A DNA stretch of 64,000 nucleotides. It comes from Octopus bimaculoides (taxonomy: Eukaryota). Made by a program: the position numbers and the translations under genes. Positions 24,454-37,645 of the stretch are shown here, piece by piece. Positions within the stretch are counted from its first letter, which is position 1. The number at the start of each line of letters is the position of its first letter. Location of the stretch: the NCBI RefSeq assembly GCF_001194135.2, contig NC_068986.1, positions 20,321,482 to 20,385,481 on the forward strand. The letters run 5' to 3'. The notes beneath the pieces are model-generated. The model saw nothing but the letters and a program-made list of their open reading frames with translations. It was not told the origin of the DNA and did not search any database.

Positions 24454-26550
24454 CAACAGAAACGGTATTAATACTAAAAGGTAATCTCGATCTCCAACTG
24501 AATGTGGAGGTTGTGTTAGTATACAGAATACTGTGTTATTTACCTGGAGGGAATCCCTTATAAAAACTAGTAGTACATAAAAGCACTTATAAATGTATCA
24601 TTGACAGAAGAGAGCCGTCTGCTGTGGCTCCGATCATGGGATTTCACCCTGCCATGGGTTCTTCAGTGACAGATGTCCTGCAGTGGCATAACATCCAAAT
24701 TTCCCATCAACGATGTATAGAATAACAGTGCTGTACACATACACACTATATCTTCAGATAGTTACAAGTGTATTTTGACCATGTTCTTTATACATAAGAA
24801 CAGCTGAAGCAGCTTACCTGAAATAATCTTCAGTCATGTCTTTTCTATTTTAGAGCAGACAGTAAATTCATCATACTTTTGCCCCCATTATGCTAAGGTT
24901 GTCTCCAGTTGTTATACTGTGTTTAAAAGTCAGCTTAGAAATCTCTCATATTGTTGTTGAATATATTTGAAATCTCTTCTCAATGGAAATATATTTTATT
25001 ATCAGCCAAATAGTCCTTCTTAAAATGTTCTTTCCATCATTTCTCTTGGCCTTGAGGAGGGAAATGCTAACTAACATGTACTATGTTACATTAGTCAACA
25101 AAATATTAACTACTAAAATGACATTTACTAAGTCTTAGCAGTTGAATTCTAATCTTCGACATACTGTTGAAGAATACTGCAAAACTAGTGTTGTAATTAC
25201 CACACGTGACTGCTGCTATAATGTTAGCTACATGTTAAAGTAGCTTTACTGATATATGAGCAACTTTAATCATTAGTATGACTATCTTTAATGTAGTACA
25301 CTACTGGTACACTGTGGTTCACCATTGACCTACTTTTTTTGTTGGAGCATCGTTTTCTCAAGATTAATTAACTATAATTGCTTATTCTGTAAAGACTTTA
25401 TCTGTTTTACTTCTGTCTTTCCATGTTAGCATGGGTCGATTGGAGACTTATACTTCAGTTTTATAATCATCTGACAGAAGTCTTAGACACAGTATTTAGT
25501 TGCTATTTCACTGTTTGGTATATTTTCAACATGGTGTTTAGGCTTGAAGTGCTCTCAGTTTCCTTTCACTTAATTTAACATCATTTAGCAGAAGTCTTAA
25601 GTACCTCAATTTGGAGAAACTGGAATCAAATTTTTCATTTAATGGAAAGTAAAAGTACCACATGAAAATACGACACAGTACTTCAGTTAGTTTTCATGTT
25701 TGATATGCACAACATACTACATAGAGATCTATCACATCCTGCCATCTTACTTTAGGTTTTAGTTCTGGTCTCATAGCCATCATCCTGGAAGATGTATCCT
25801 TTCAAGAATCACTAGTGTAAAAATTCACATCTTCAGAGAATCTCTAGAATAATTGGATTTCTTCAGAATAAAATAACAGTAATAAAGTTGTCACAAGTTT
25901 AACTAATCAAATTGAAGTTTTGTTCATAGGACATCATACTTAGTTATCAAGAAAGCTGCCTTAAAGGTAATAACATACCTTCACAAGGTGTATAATTCTT
26001 AAGTGTGTATGCTGTGACCTGTTAACGGAAGGTAACAAACTCTTCACAACAAAATACATCCACTATTACTGCATGTCATATAACTAGCTTCCGTGAAAAA
26101 TCTTTCTTGTTGGTGGCCTTACATGACTTTACATAATTCACTTGTATATTTATTGAACACTTATTGCTGTTGTTTTTGTTGTTGCTTGAATTTTCTAACT
26201 TTTGTTAAAAATATCAAGTTTATGTACGTTTACAAGCCATACATGTCAGAATTAAATATTCAAATATTTAGCTTAATTTAGTGTTATTACTATTAGATTG
26301 GTTTTATTTTGGAGTATATGGGAGAAACAAATAATTGCTCATTTAGGACCTAAATATTTCCATTATAATTTTGATTAATCCCTCTGCAAAAAAAAAAAAA
26401 AATTCCATTTTATTCTTGTCTCTAGACCAGTTTAGAGTTACCCTCTCCTCTTCCAGTCAATATACTGTATTTTCTCTTTAATGATGTTTGGTACCTGCAG
26501 AAGAAATAAGAATTTCATCTTTCACTTATAAACAGAAGCGTTGCCCTATA

Positions 26551-26697
26551 CAGGCATGGGCAACTTTTCATGAGAATCGAGCCACATGAAACATGGCTTG
26601 TTATTTTGTGAGCTACACTACTAAAAAACATTCAAGGTAATTTTTTGTTAGTTGTGTCATTCAGGAGGTCCCATAGGCTTCTGGTTGCCCATGACTG
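26551..26697. mobile_element. hAT-type MITE (147 bp)
   Basis: 14-bp TIRs CAGGCATGGGCAAC / GTTGCCCATGACTG (1 mismatch); no clean 8-bp TSD. Confidence 0.7.
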
Positions 26698-27449
26698 ATA
26701 TATAATGAAAATTAGTCAGCATTTAGTGCAGTTAATTACAACTTTATATTAATAGTCTCCTCCTACATGTCTTATTACTTGGAAAGGACTGGAGGGGTGT
26801 CTTCTAAATACTTATGCCCAGTAACAACTAATCTGTGTCAAAACAACTTATACCTGTCCTGTCTCCCTGCAACATAAGATCATTTATAGTTTAACCTCAC
26901 CAACCAATGTGACATTTACACTTTAGAATTTTAATACTCTCTGCAAGGATTATAGCAACCAAACAGTCTAGGATTAAAGAGAGGAAGAGGAACAAAACGA
27001 AAAAAAAACAAAACGAAAATCCCCACAAGTATCCAGCTGATTTTCATTTAATATATACTTAATCCCTTCTCTCACTATTCTTCTAGTCATCTTTTGCTTG
27101 GTTTAGGTTGTTAAGCTAAAACTTTGTTATTTTTACAATAGGTGTAGTTGACAGCTGTGTTTTCAGTAGCCCTTAGCTTAACTTTTTAGTTTGTTTTTTG
27201 TTTTTTTCATATTATTATATTTTATTTATTTAGTTATTTCTTAGTTTTGTAAGCATTGTAAATTGTATCTAAATGCACTGCTCCCCACTCTCTACATCCA
27301 CATAGTAATAATCTTTGTTGTCATCTGCTGTTCGGCTGCAACAAATATACACCACCGAGGATGGTCTGACGGTGTACTACCATTTTTCTACTCGGAATGA
27401 ATGATTGCATTTTAATGATGTAATCCGACACTTGATAGATCTGTTATTC

Positions 27450-27735
27450 TTTTACTTGTTCCAATCATTGGAAACAAATAAAAGTGGCCATGCTGGAGCG
27501 CTGCCTTGAAAAGTTTAGTCAAACAAATTGACTCTGGTACTTTTTCTGGCAATCTCTTTAGTTAAGTGATGGGGATGTAAACTAACCAGTGCTGGTTGTC
27601 AAGCAGTGGGGAGCACAAACACAAAAACCCACATACACATATATGGTGGGCTTCCACATAGTTTTCATCTGTCAAAGTCACTCTTGGGGCACTGGTCAAC
27701 CTGGAGCTATAGTTAGAAGATACTTACCCACATGG
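27450..27735 (-). mobile_element. family A SINE, degraded
   Basis: Reverse complement of family A tail and body (gtggccatgctggagc...ggggatgtaaac...gctatag..agaagatacttaccc). Confidence 0.7.
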
Positions 27736-28567
27736 TTAAATGAGTAGTTATCAATCATAGAAACCAGTCCAAAATTGGAGTGTATGAGTTAGACATAGTC
27801 CTCCATCCCATCTAAGCTGGTAGTAACTATGAATAAGGCAATGTGTTCAACCCATGCCGGGTGGACATGCTGACATGTGCTGGATGAGCCATCATGAGCA
27901 AATCAGTTCTTATTCAGGTCTACTGTCCTCCTTGATGAGTCAGGGATCATGACTCTCACGTGTTCTATTTTTAACTTGTCTTCTTCTGCTGGATGCTTTT
28001 TTTCTGTTGCCAATGGCTACATTTCATAATTGCCCCCAGCACTAGAAAGTTACCTTATTTCTGGCAGATAGAAGAGAGAATAATGAAAAGGGATTAGAGC
28101 AAGAGAGGGAGAGAGAGAGATGATGAGGAGGAGGAGAATATTAAAGGAGAACTAGTGTACTAAGAGTGGGAGGATGATAAACAGAAGAGTATAAGCAAGA
28201 GAAAGTGACAGACAGCTACATGATGATTATTGGTAAGGAGGTTCAATAGGAAAGCATGAGAAGCATGATGAGGGAAGAAAGAGTGAGAGGAGGGAGAGGG
28301 TAATGAAAGCAGAAATACTGGAGGTGGGGAACGGGAGTGAGAGTGATGGATGTTGATAAGTGACAAGAAAGGAGTGTGTGTGTGATTATACATTGACTCT
28401 CTCATTTGTCACTCATATATAATGTATATTTATATTTGGGTTTGTGTGTATGTATCAAATTTGAATCCTGTTTTGATCCATATTTCTATATGTATATATA
28501 TATATATATATATAATTAAGGTGGCTATCAGCAATTCAAAACCAAGGAAATGATTCACCATCACGAA

Positions 28568-28676
28568 GAGCACCAGCATTGCTAGAAATAGGAGTCATAG
28601 ACTCCTTAGCCTTGAGATCATGTGCTTTTTGTGGCTAAGAAGTCTATGACTCCTATTTCTAGCAATGCTGGTGCTC
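28568..28676. repeat. 44-bp inverted repeat, 21-nt spacer, one mismatch
   Basis: Arms 28568-28611 and 28633-28676 checked base by base. Confidence 0.95.
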
Positions 28677-29380
28677 ACTGCACCCTTGTCACTCTTAGTG
28701 ATGTTGAATTATAAATATATACTGGTAAAAGAGAATAAAAAAGGCTTATACAACCATCTTTGAACACCCAAGTAAAATTAATTGAGCTGAAATTCTCAAC
28801 ACCTAGAAATGACGATGATGATGTATGTTCTGTTTAAGTCTCAATCAATTGTCAGTCGTTGCATGTTGCCTTCTCCTCAACCAAGCCTGTAGTGTAGTTT
28901 TGTGTTTGCAATTTTCTCTCTGAATGTCCTTGCTGTTGTCTCTCTAACCATTCAGTATTGTTACTAAACTCAACTAACTTGTTTGTTGTTACTCACTCCA
29001 TTAATGCTTGTTTCTTTGATACTATTAAAAACTCTTGTTTTCTTTTTTTCTCTATTTCTTTCCTTTCCTTTAGTCATTTATTTATTTTTTCTCCTTTTCT
29101 TTTATTTCTCCAATCTGTTTCTCCTTGATGTAAATATGTTGATGTTACTCTCTTTCTAAGGCAAGACATTTGTTTTGATTTCAACTAAGTAATTACGATA
29201 AAAAAAGATATATACTCCCCGTTTCATTAAGTTGAGTTAGAAGTTGACAATGATGCAAGTAACAATTTCAGTTCACCAAACTTTAGTGTTTGCACTTCGA
29301 CAAGAACAAAAAGGAAAAAAAAAAAAAAGCGTTTGATTTGGTCATGGCACTTGACTCCTCTTATACACAATGTTTTAAAC

Positions 29381-29460
29381 CAGGGGCTGGGGAAACCCCT
29401 GCCCATGGGCGCAACTGCGCCCACGAGCCTGTTTTATTGTGCCCGCAGGCTGATATACTC
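29381..29460 (+). mobile_element. hAT/Charlie-like left end
   Basis: CAGGGGCTGGGGAAAC followed by GC-rich gcccacgagcc/gcccgc subterminal motifs; right TIR not found. Confidence 0.5.
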
Positions 29461-31089
29461 ATATGTACAAAATATAGTAAATTTTGCAATCAAAATTTAT
29501 TCAATATTCGTATACTTATTTGAGACATGGGTCGTGTTTCCAATACAACTTAAAATGGTCAGGAATCATCCGGTAATTGCCATTTGAATGGAAATTTTGT
29601 TTTCACTGTAAAATATATTGCTAGGTTTATACCACCCCCTTGAGACCCAATTACACTTTAGCTGAAAAATGTAGAATACCTCTTAAGTAATATAAACATC
29701 GTAAATTCAGTGGTGGCTTTAATGAAGATGGTACACATTAATTTGATGTGTTAAACTTATGTTTATTAATGTATATCAAATTATACATAGATATATACAA
29801 GATTTACACAGGTATAATTGAACCTGTGATCCACCCATGGATCTTTTTCTTAAGAAATTTTTGCCCGCTGCAACATTGTTTTTCTTTCAATTAACTTCAA
29901 AAATAATGAAGAATAGAGAAAATTACTTCATCATTATTAACCTGAAGTTTGGAAAATAATTTTATATGAAATTTTGATAGGAAGTTTTTATTTAGATCAC
30001 TTTAAAACAGGAAATCTGTATCATAAAAATAAGGGCAGTTACAGTCAGTTTGGTATGAAAAGGGTGAAATGAAGAACCAAAGTTAAGTAATAGTTTATTG
30101 CCCAGAACATAGTAGAAAGATTATTTGATGTAAGTGATAAATTCTTTGATGTAATGCTTATGTATTCATGAAACAATCTGAATAAATAAGCATTACATTT
30201 GACGGAATAATCTTAATGCTAAAGGGTTAGTATGAAGGAAATGGCTTTTAGACAGTCATTTATTTTACACTATTCTTCTCTCTTCAGGCAGTTTGGTAAA
30301 AATTAAAAAAAAGTCCAGTTTTTTTTACTGGGATTTACTGAAACTCCTGTCTTTCTGTATTCTGTTTCCTATCGCTAGATTTCTGGGAAAATACAGTCTG
30401 GTTATTTAATTTACTCCTGTTAACAAATTTGAAGTTTTTGCCTCTATTTTAAAATAGCTTCCAAATAAATTATTTCACCAGATGTTAAAGAATGGAAAAC
30501 GAGTGTAGGGGAAGAGGGAGATATGACTATTTGAAGATTTCTGAAAACTTCTGTTGCAGAGTTCTATCAAAAGAAGGAGTGGCAATTCAATTCAGCCAAC
30601 TGAAATTGAGAAGCTCATTATAAGAAATTTAGGTTTATTGGTTATTTTTGAATGAACCTTATTCTGTCAGGTTTCCAGCTGGGAAAACAACTTGATCACT
30701 GATATTCCTTAAATTAGAAATGCTATTTAACTTGGTTATTGTCATTTTCATCATCATCGTAAAACCTTTACAAAACTACCATTGTGATGTAGAAACACAG
30801 TAAAAGAAATGAGGTTTCTAATAAGTTGTCCTTCTTGTCTAATTATATACAATTGGGTCTTCTATTAGTTGTACCATTTGGTATAAATAGAGACAGAGAC
30901 CTAACACACATAGAACAGTCACAGCCTGTAAAATTACCTGGACAACACAGTTTGACTAGTTCCAACCTGCCTGATTTAAAATTGGTCTGAATGATCAATA
31001 CATACTAGATGACCGAGTTTTAAGGTGGTCAGCTAACCAGCTAAACAATTGATAGTTCATATTCCATCATCATTGATGGTCTAGGACAT

Positions 31090-31460
31090 CATCATCCTCA
31101 TCTTAACTGTTTTCATGTCCACTTTTCCATGGAGCTATTGAAGCAGGTTTTCAACAGCTGGATGCACCTCCTGTCACCAACCCTCACCTGTATCCAAATA
31201 AAGTGATATTTCCCATTTGTCAGACAGGTTTTCCCAGAATGACATTAAGTCTCCTTGTCTTGACATCACATCAAGTGTCCCCATACACAAGCAGTATCAT
31301 TCATTTCCAATGTTCTGTGAAAACATATCAGGCCATGGGGAAATATTACCATGCTTGGAAACAGGGGAAGGCTAGAGACAGGAAGGACATCTGACCATAG
31401 AAATTCTGCCCTCGATAAACACCATCCAGCCCATGCAAACATGGAAAAATGGATGTTAAA
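31090..31460. mobile_element. two family D SINE bodies in inverted orientation
   Basis: About 31090-31265 minus and about 31270-31460 plus; roughly 70-75% identical by eye. Confidence 0.7.
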
Positions 31461-31809
31461 AACCGTCATTGTTGGGTTAATAGATCACTATGTTACAGAT
31501 GGTTTTGATCAAAACTAATTAGGGATTGACAATAACGATAAGCTGATACCCTTATCAAAAGCAATACACAACTGATAATGAATATTCCCAGTAGAAGAAA
31601 CTTACCCATGATGCAATACAAACTGATAGTCTAGTTATTTCATTGCCATAAAATTGGCTTTCATCTCTATACTGAATATTATTAGTTTTATTAGAAGTTA
31701 TAGGAATTCAAATCAAAGGAACGATGCTTTCATTCATCCTTGTTGAGCAGAAAGATAGATCTCCTATCAACATAGAATGTTTGTTAGTGTATTTGCCAAT
31801 GTGAAGAAT

Positions 31810-32559
31810 ATACATATATGTATGTGCATATATATATAATATATATATATGTATGTGTATATATATGTATGTATATGAATATATATATGTATGTATATAT
31901 ATATATATATATGTACATATATATGTATATATATATATATGTACATATATATGTATATATATATATATGTACATATATATATGTACATATATATATGTAT
32001 ATATATATATGTACATATATATGTACATATATATGTTTATATATATATATGTACATATATATGTACATATATATGTATATATATATATATGTACATATAT
32101 ATGTATATATATATATATGTACATATATATGTACATATATATGTATATATATATATATGTACATATATATGTATATATATATATATGTACATATATATGT
32201 NNNNNNNNNNNNNNNNNNNNNNNNNNNNNNNNNNNNNNNNNNNNNNNNNNNNNNNNNNNNNNNNNNNNNNNNNNNNNNNNNNNNNNNNNNNNNNNNNNNN
32301 NNNNNNNNNNNNNNNNNNNNNNNNNNNNNNNNNNNNNNNNNNNNNNNNNNNNNNNNNNNNNNNNNNNNNNNNNNNNNNNNNNNNNNNNNNNNNNNNNNNN
32401 NNNNNNNNNNNNNNNNNNNNNNNNNNNNNNNNNNNNNNNNNNNNNNNNNNNNNNNNNNNNNNNNNNNNNNNNNNNNNNNNNNNNNNNNNNNNNNNNNNNN
32501 NNNNNNNNNNNNNNNNNNNNNNNNNNNNNNNNNNNNNNNNNNNNNNNNNNNNNNNNNAT

Positions 32560-32591
<32 letters not shown>

Positions 32592-32755
32592 GTACATATA
32601 TATGTATATATATATATATGTATATGTATATATATATATGTATATGTACATATATATGTATGCATACATATATATGTATGCATATATATATATGTATGCA
32701 TATATATATATGTATGCATATATATATATATGTATGCATATATATATATGTATGC

Positions 32756-32786
<31 letters not shown>

Positions 32787-32790
32787 TACA
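31810..32790. repeat. complex AT minisatellite [GTAC(AT)n and ATGC(AT)n units] around a 357-N gap (32201-32557)
   Basis: Directly visible; source of the spurious long ORFs. Confidence 0.95.
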
Positions 32791-33038
32791 TTTTTTTTTC
32801 TTCAGTCTGTCACCAGAATACAAAGCCATATGTTGTGGGCTACACTGTCTATTATCGTCTATTATAGTGTTAAATCTCCATTATTATACACAATATTTAA
32901 ATGTATTTTTACAGAAGAGAAAAAAAAAATTGTAAACCTCTTATCTGTTCATTGATTACATAATTAATGCTGTCCATTTTTAGTAAATGAGGTGCCTATT
33001 GTTATTATTCACAATATAGACTACTCTTTCTCTCTCTT

Positions 33039-33085
<47 letters not shown>

Positions 33086-33096
33086 TACTCCTTCTG

Positions 33097-33130
<34 letters not shown>

Positions 33131-33684
33131 GAAATTATTACTTGCAATTATATCTACTTAACAAGTGTCTTGCCCTTGCATTTGTAATGCTATTGAATTC
33201 CATGTTTCATTTTACACAAGAAAGAAAAAAAGTAAATAAATAAATAAGACTTGATATGGTAACTCATTTTGTAAAGCTGACTACTTCTAAAGAAACCTCC
33301 TTCAAAGTTGTTCTTTGATGAGGTGCTCATGTTGTTGTTTTATTTCATTTAAGACATCACTTGTTTTTTTCTGATGGATGCTGCTCTCTGACAAGCAACC
33401 ATGTTTGGAAGAGATGAAAGTAAACTTTATGGCAATGAAATAACAGCGCCATCCTTTACCATCGCTGCTGCTATGACTGCAATAACGGTCAGAGAGATGA
33501 TTCTGGTGAACATTAAATGTAGTAGTATCATTGTCTCTTTATAACGTAAAGCATTTATGAAAGAATCCAGATTTGTATCACTGTGTCATTGACATGGAAA
33601 TTCTAAAGCAGCACATTTATAGTTACCATATCAAGTATCAACAACACCCTGTATCAGGATTTGTAATTTTATTTAATATTTTGT

Positions 33685-33717
<33 letters not shown>

Positions 33718-34871
33718 GCTATTTAAAAATAAATATATGCTGTATTTGACTAATAGTTGATATTTAGTAGTATATGATTAGTATTAGGAGTTTGTTTGAA
33801 ACCTGCCTTTGTTTTGTTTTTTATTATTCTATTTGTAATGACATTAAGCTTTAGTAGTTATTGTTCCCAAGAAATGCACGTTTACTGCAACATAAATACT
33901 CCCTCCTAATGTAGCTGCTATTTGTTCTTTATGCAAACTACCTCAAAAAACTTGGAAATGATACCTTAGAAAATAAAACAAATATTAAACCACTGCATGG
34001 GTAGAAAATGTAGTAGTATTTTACGCTATCTCTTAAAATCTAACTACTTTTTTCTGTCAATTGGAAGTGGGGTGAGCACCAGTACTCTAGTTGTCGGTGC
34101 TATTAATATCTTATCTTTTTATACGAGAGTAAATCAGGTGTCATTCTTATATTAGTTTATCGATTAAATTCTAGAAATTGAGTATTAGATTTTAGGAATG
34201 GATGCATTAGCTGTATTTCAGTTTGGCAGATGGAGATCTGCTATATAACTTCATGCGTGACATTTTAATATCATCAAAAGCAAACTGTCGAATAAAACCA
34301 TCATTAACTTTGAGATTTGAAAACTACAAGTTTGCTCTTTTCAATTTGAGTAACAAAAACAAACATAGTGGAAGTTTAAAGATATAAAAGAATATAAAAA
34401 AAAAAAAGCAGAAGTTATGTTCCTTTTCTAAAGATGTGAGTTGCTGGGGGAAAATTACAAAATATAAATGGCTGATGAAGCTAGGATTCATTTGTCATAA
34501 TTGTTCATGCAACCTCTTCATTAAGTACAATTAATATCGTTACTTTAGGTGTTCAATTGTTTTGAAGGTCTCTTTTTTTTTCCTTCCTTGCCTAAACAAT
34601 AACTCTATAATAAGGTTCATTATATTCCTGCAGTGGTTCTATCTTCATCAAAGTCACTTAGTTTGAATTTGTTTCTTTTGTTATAATTCCCTCATAAAAT
34701 TTATTCCAAAAAAAAAAATTGCAAACTCATTAGCTTTACTGTTTTCTTTTTCAGTGTAAAATTCAGTTTTTGTGAAAATTACTGTCTTTCTGTTATCTAT
34801 TTTCATTTTTGTATTTACTTTTTAGTTCTTTAACATTCTTCTGATATTTATTCTTTAATTTTTAAATCTAG

Positions 34872-34953
34872 GACAATCCACTGGAGAATTTGAACACAGC
34901 CTTCGATGTTGCTGAGAAATACTTGGATATCCCCAGGATGTTGGATGCTGAAG
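34872..34953 (+). CDS. ACTN: alpha-actinin exon (82 nt, exon 7 equivalent)
   Basis: atctag|GAC AAT CCA...GCT GAA G|gtaatt; [27 protein letters not shown]. Confidence 0.97.
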
Positions 34954-35558
34954 GTAATTTTTCAATATAGATAAAAGTACTTTATAAAAGTACAATTGCA
35001 AAGCACACACACACGTGTGTATATGTATATATATATATATATATATGGAGCACAGTGCAGTTTTCAGACCTCTTGGACCCTAGCAATCCTACCACCCCAT
35101 GCCACTATTCATTGGGAGAAATTTCCCCTAGTCAGATTCAGCTTCTCACACCTAACCTACAATGTCATTCTAAAATTATACAACCGCACCATTGAAATTT
35201 CCAAGCTGTTAGATAATGCATGATTAATTCGACACAGAGTGAATAAATAAGCTTTACATTAGACAGTAATCGGAATGCCGAAGGGTTAAATATCACTGTA
35301 CAGGAATATATTTTATTCAAACCTACTTCGTGTGACTCTGTTCAGATCACTGGTTCTCAGCCAAATTTTTGATAGGATCTTCATACCTTTTGAATGTATC
35401 GAAAGATGGTTAAAATATTTTATGTATTGTAGGAGTATAACCAATTTATTGTGTGTAAATTTTAACAACAAAATCTTATATGGACCCCAGTTGAGAAACC
35501 CTGGTTTAAATTATTTAGTATGTTTAGTATTCTTTTAGTGACAGTGTATGAGTTAGTG

Positions 35559-35691
35559 CAGTGGTCCACAAAGGTAGTACTGTGGGTCCGTGAACATGTT
35601 AAGCTGACAGAATTTTCAGTATCCTGGGATCAGGGGGAAAACTCATTTAAATAAAAGGGGTCCTTGGTAGTGAAAAGGTTGGGAACCATTG
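35559..35691. mobile_element. hAT-type MITE, degraded
   Basis: Ends CAGTGGTCCACAAA / GTTGGGAACCATTG. Confidence 0.5.
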
Positions 35692-35889
35692 ACCTATTGG
35701 TTAGGGTGCTGGGTTCACAATAATAATAATGTCATGAGTTTGATTCCTGGACTAAGCATTTCATTTCTTGCTACTTCAGTTGACTTGGCTGAAAATGAGC
35801 CCCAGCCTAGCTGCCACATTCTGTATGTTCCACTGGGTTCAGGGATGGAAGGGCAAAATGCATGTCTATACTTGCTTGCAATTATAGGG

Positions 35890-36260
35890 CCTGCTGGCAG
35901 AATCATTAGAACGCAAAGACGGATGAAATGCTGTTCAGTATTTTACCTGGCGTGCTGAGTTCAAATTTTGCCTTTCATCCTTTTTGGGTCACTAGTTGAG
36001 TTCTGGGTTCAATGTAATCAACTAATCCCCTCCCCCGAAATTGCTGACTTTCTGCCAAAATATGAGGCCACTATTATTAGAACTTCAAAGGTGGCAAGCT
36101 GACAGAAGTGTTAGCATGCTGGGCATAACGCTTAATGGTATTTTGTCCAGTAGAGGTCGACTCTGCCTTTCGTCTTTTCAGGGTTCAACACTGGGGTTGA
36201 TGTAATCAACTTATCCCCTCCCTAGAAAATTGTTGGCTTTGTGCCAAAGTTTGAAATCAG
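35890..36260 (+). mobile_element. tandem family B SINE copies
   Basis: Two ctggcagaa..ttag..aatg heads and two tgtaatcaact..cccctcc..gtgccaaa tails. Confidence 0.75.
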
Positions 36261-36418
36261 TTACGCAGCTACCGAAAAACAATTAACAAAAGCATGGTAC
36301 ATGCTTCAAGATCATACTCACTTATGAATGACTACTAGGGTTTCTTTTTTGTTTAGTTTTTTTTTTTTATATTTGTTTATTCTATTTTAGATCTTATCTC
36401 CTATTCAAATATGTTGAC

Positions 36419-36465
<47 letters not shown>

Positions 36466-37559
36466 CTAATAATTATTTTACTTTCTTTTGACATTTGAAT
36501 CGGTAGGAAGTCTGTGCCACCTACTTCTATCAGCTCTACCAATCTTAAAACTCTACCCTCTTACTTATCAACTGATTATAACCATGTTTACATATTTCTG
36601 CTTCAAGTAATTCCAAAATCATGTTTGCTTTCCTTCATGCCAACTTAAGAAAAAGTCCTTCCCAGTTTCTAAAAGGAAGCCAAAATAGCTTTCCTGTTAG
36701 AAGTCTATTAGAAGTTCTTGAGTGCTTCTATTACATTAATTATATTCACTTGTGTATTTTCTCAAAATGCTGGGTGTTTCAGCTTTTAACAAATCTAGCT
36801 ACTGCTCTCTTCAGAGTCTAATTCCATTACTATATACTAATGGTTCCCAAAGTGGACAGTACTGCCCCCTTGGGGGTGGTGGAAAGATCCAGTGGGGTGT
36901 TGAAGGAAAGTGGGATGATAATGGGGTGGCTAAAATGGGGTGAGAGGTATAAAAAAAAATATTATGTTAATTAGGTTTAAGTTTTATTTGTGAAATGCAG
37001 TTGTTTTGAATTTGCTGCAGAAAGTGGCCTATATTTGTGGTAGGGAGGGAGAGGTAGGGCACTAGGAATTTTGCCCATGGAGAGGATTTTGCTGCAGTAA
37101 CTGTCATGAAAGAGAAATTCTTCTTATAAACAATGTGTATGGACATTCTTAAATTATACTATGTGTGCTGGGTGCATTTTATGCTACTGGCACTAGAAAG
37201 GTTGTACCATGAGAAGAGGACAAAAGGATTTTTTCTGTCTTGTATCACTTCTTGTTTATTGTTACATCCCTCCTTGTCAGTAATGTGTGATAATAAAGCT
37301 TTCCGAGATGTTTGTAGAACAGCAATAGAACAATAGTCCTTAACTATACACCAACTCTCTATAGTAACAGGGTATATATTAGAATTTTAACATCACTATA
37401 AACAAAATTATTGATTTAGTTTGTTTAAAATTAAAAAAAAAAAAAACCTTGATTTCTCATCTAACCTTACAATGTAATAATATTAATTGTGGATTTTCTG
37501 TTTTCTTTGTTCATTTAACCAGCCATTCATATTTTCTCTCTCTTTCCTCTGATTTACAG

Positions 37560-37645
37560 ATATGGTCAACTCAGTGAAGCCAGATGAAAGATCTGTCATG
37601 GCTTATGTGTCCTCTTACTACCACGCTTTCTCTGGTGCCCAACAG
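37560..37645 (+). CDS. ACTN: alpha-actinin exon (86 nt, exon 8 equivalent)
   Basis: tttacag|AT ATG GTC...CAA CAG|gtacaa; DMVNSVKPDERSVMAYVSSYYHAFSGAQQ. Confidence 0.97.

Noticed and set aside
24600-24720. Minus-strand peptide NPMIGATADGSLLS resembling the YqaJ-type GASPDG motif
   Set aside because: Single short motif flanked by stops; insufficient support.
28080-28380. Polypurine tract and His-rich minus-strand ORF
   Set aside because: Low-complexity GA-rich decay; no specific evidence of function.
31708-32955. Seven long ORFs (73-373 aa)
   Set aside because: YI/HI/CT repeats read through an AT minisatellite and an N-gap; not coding.
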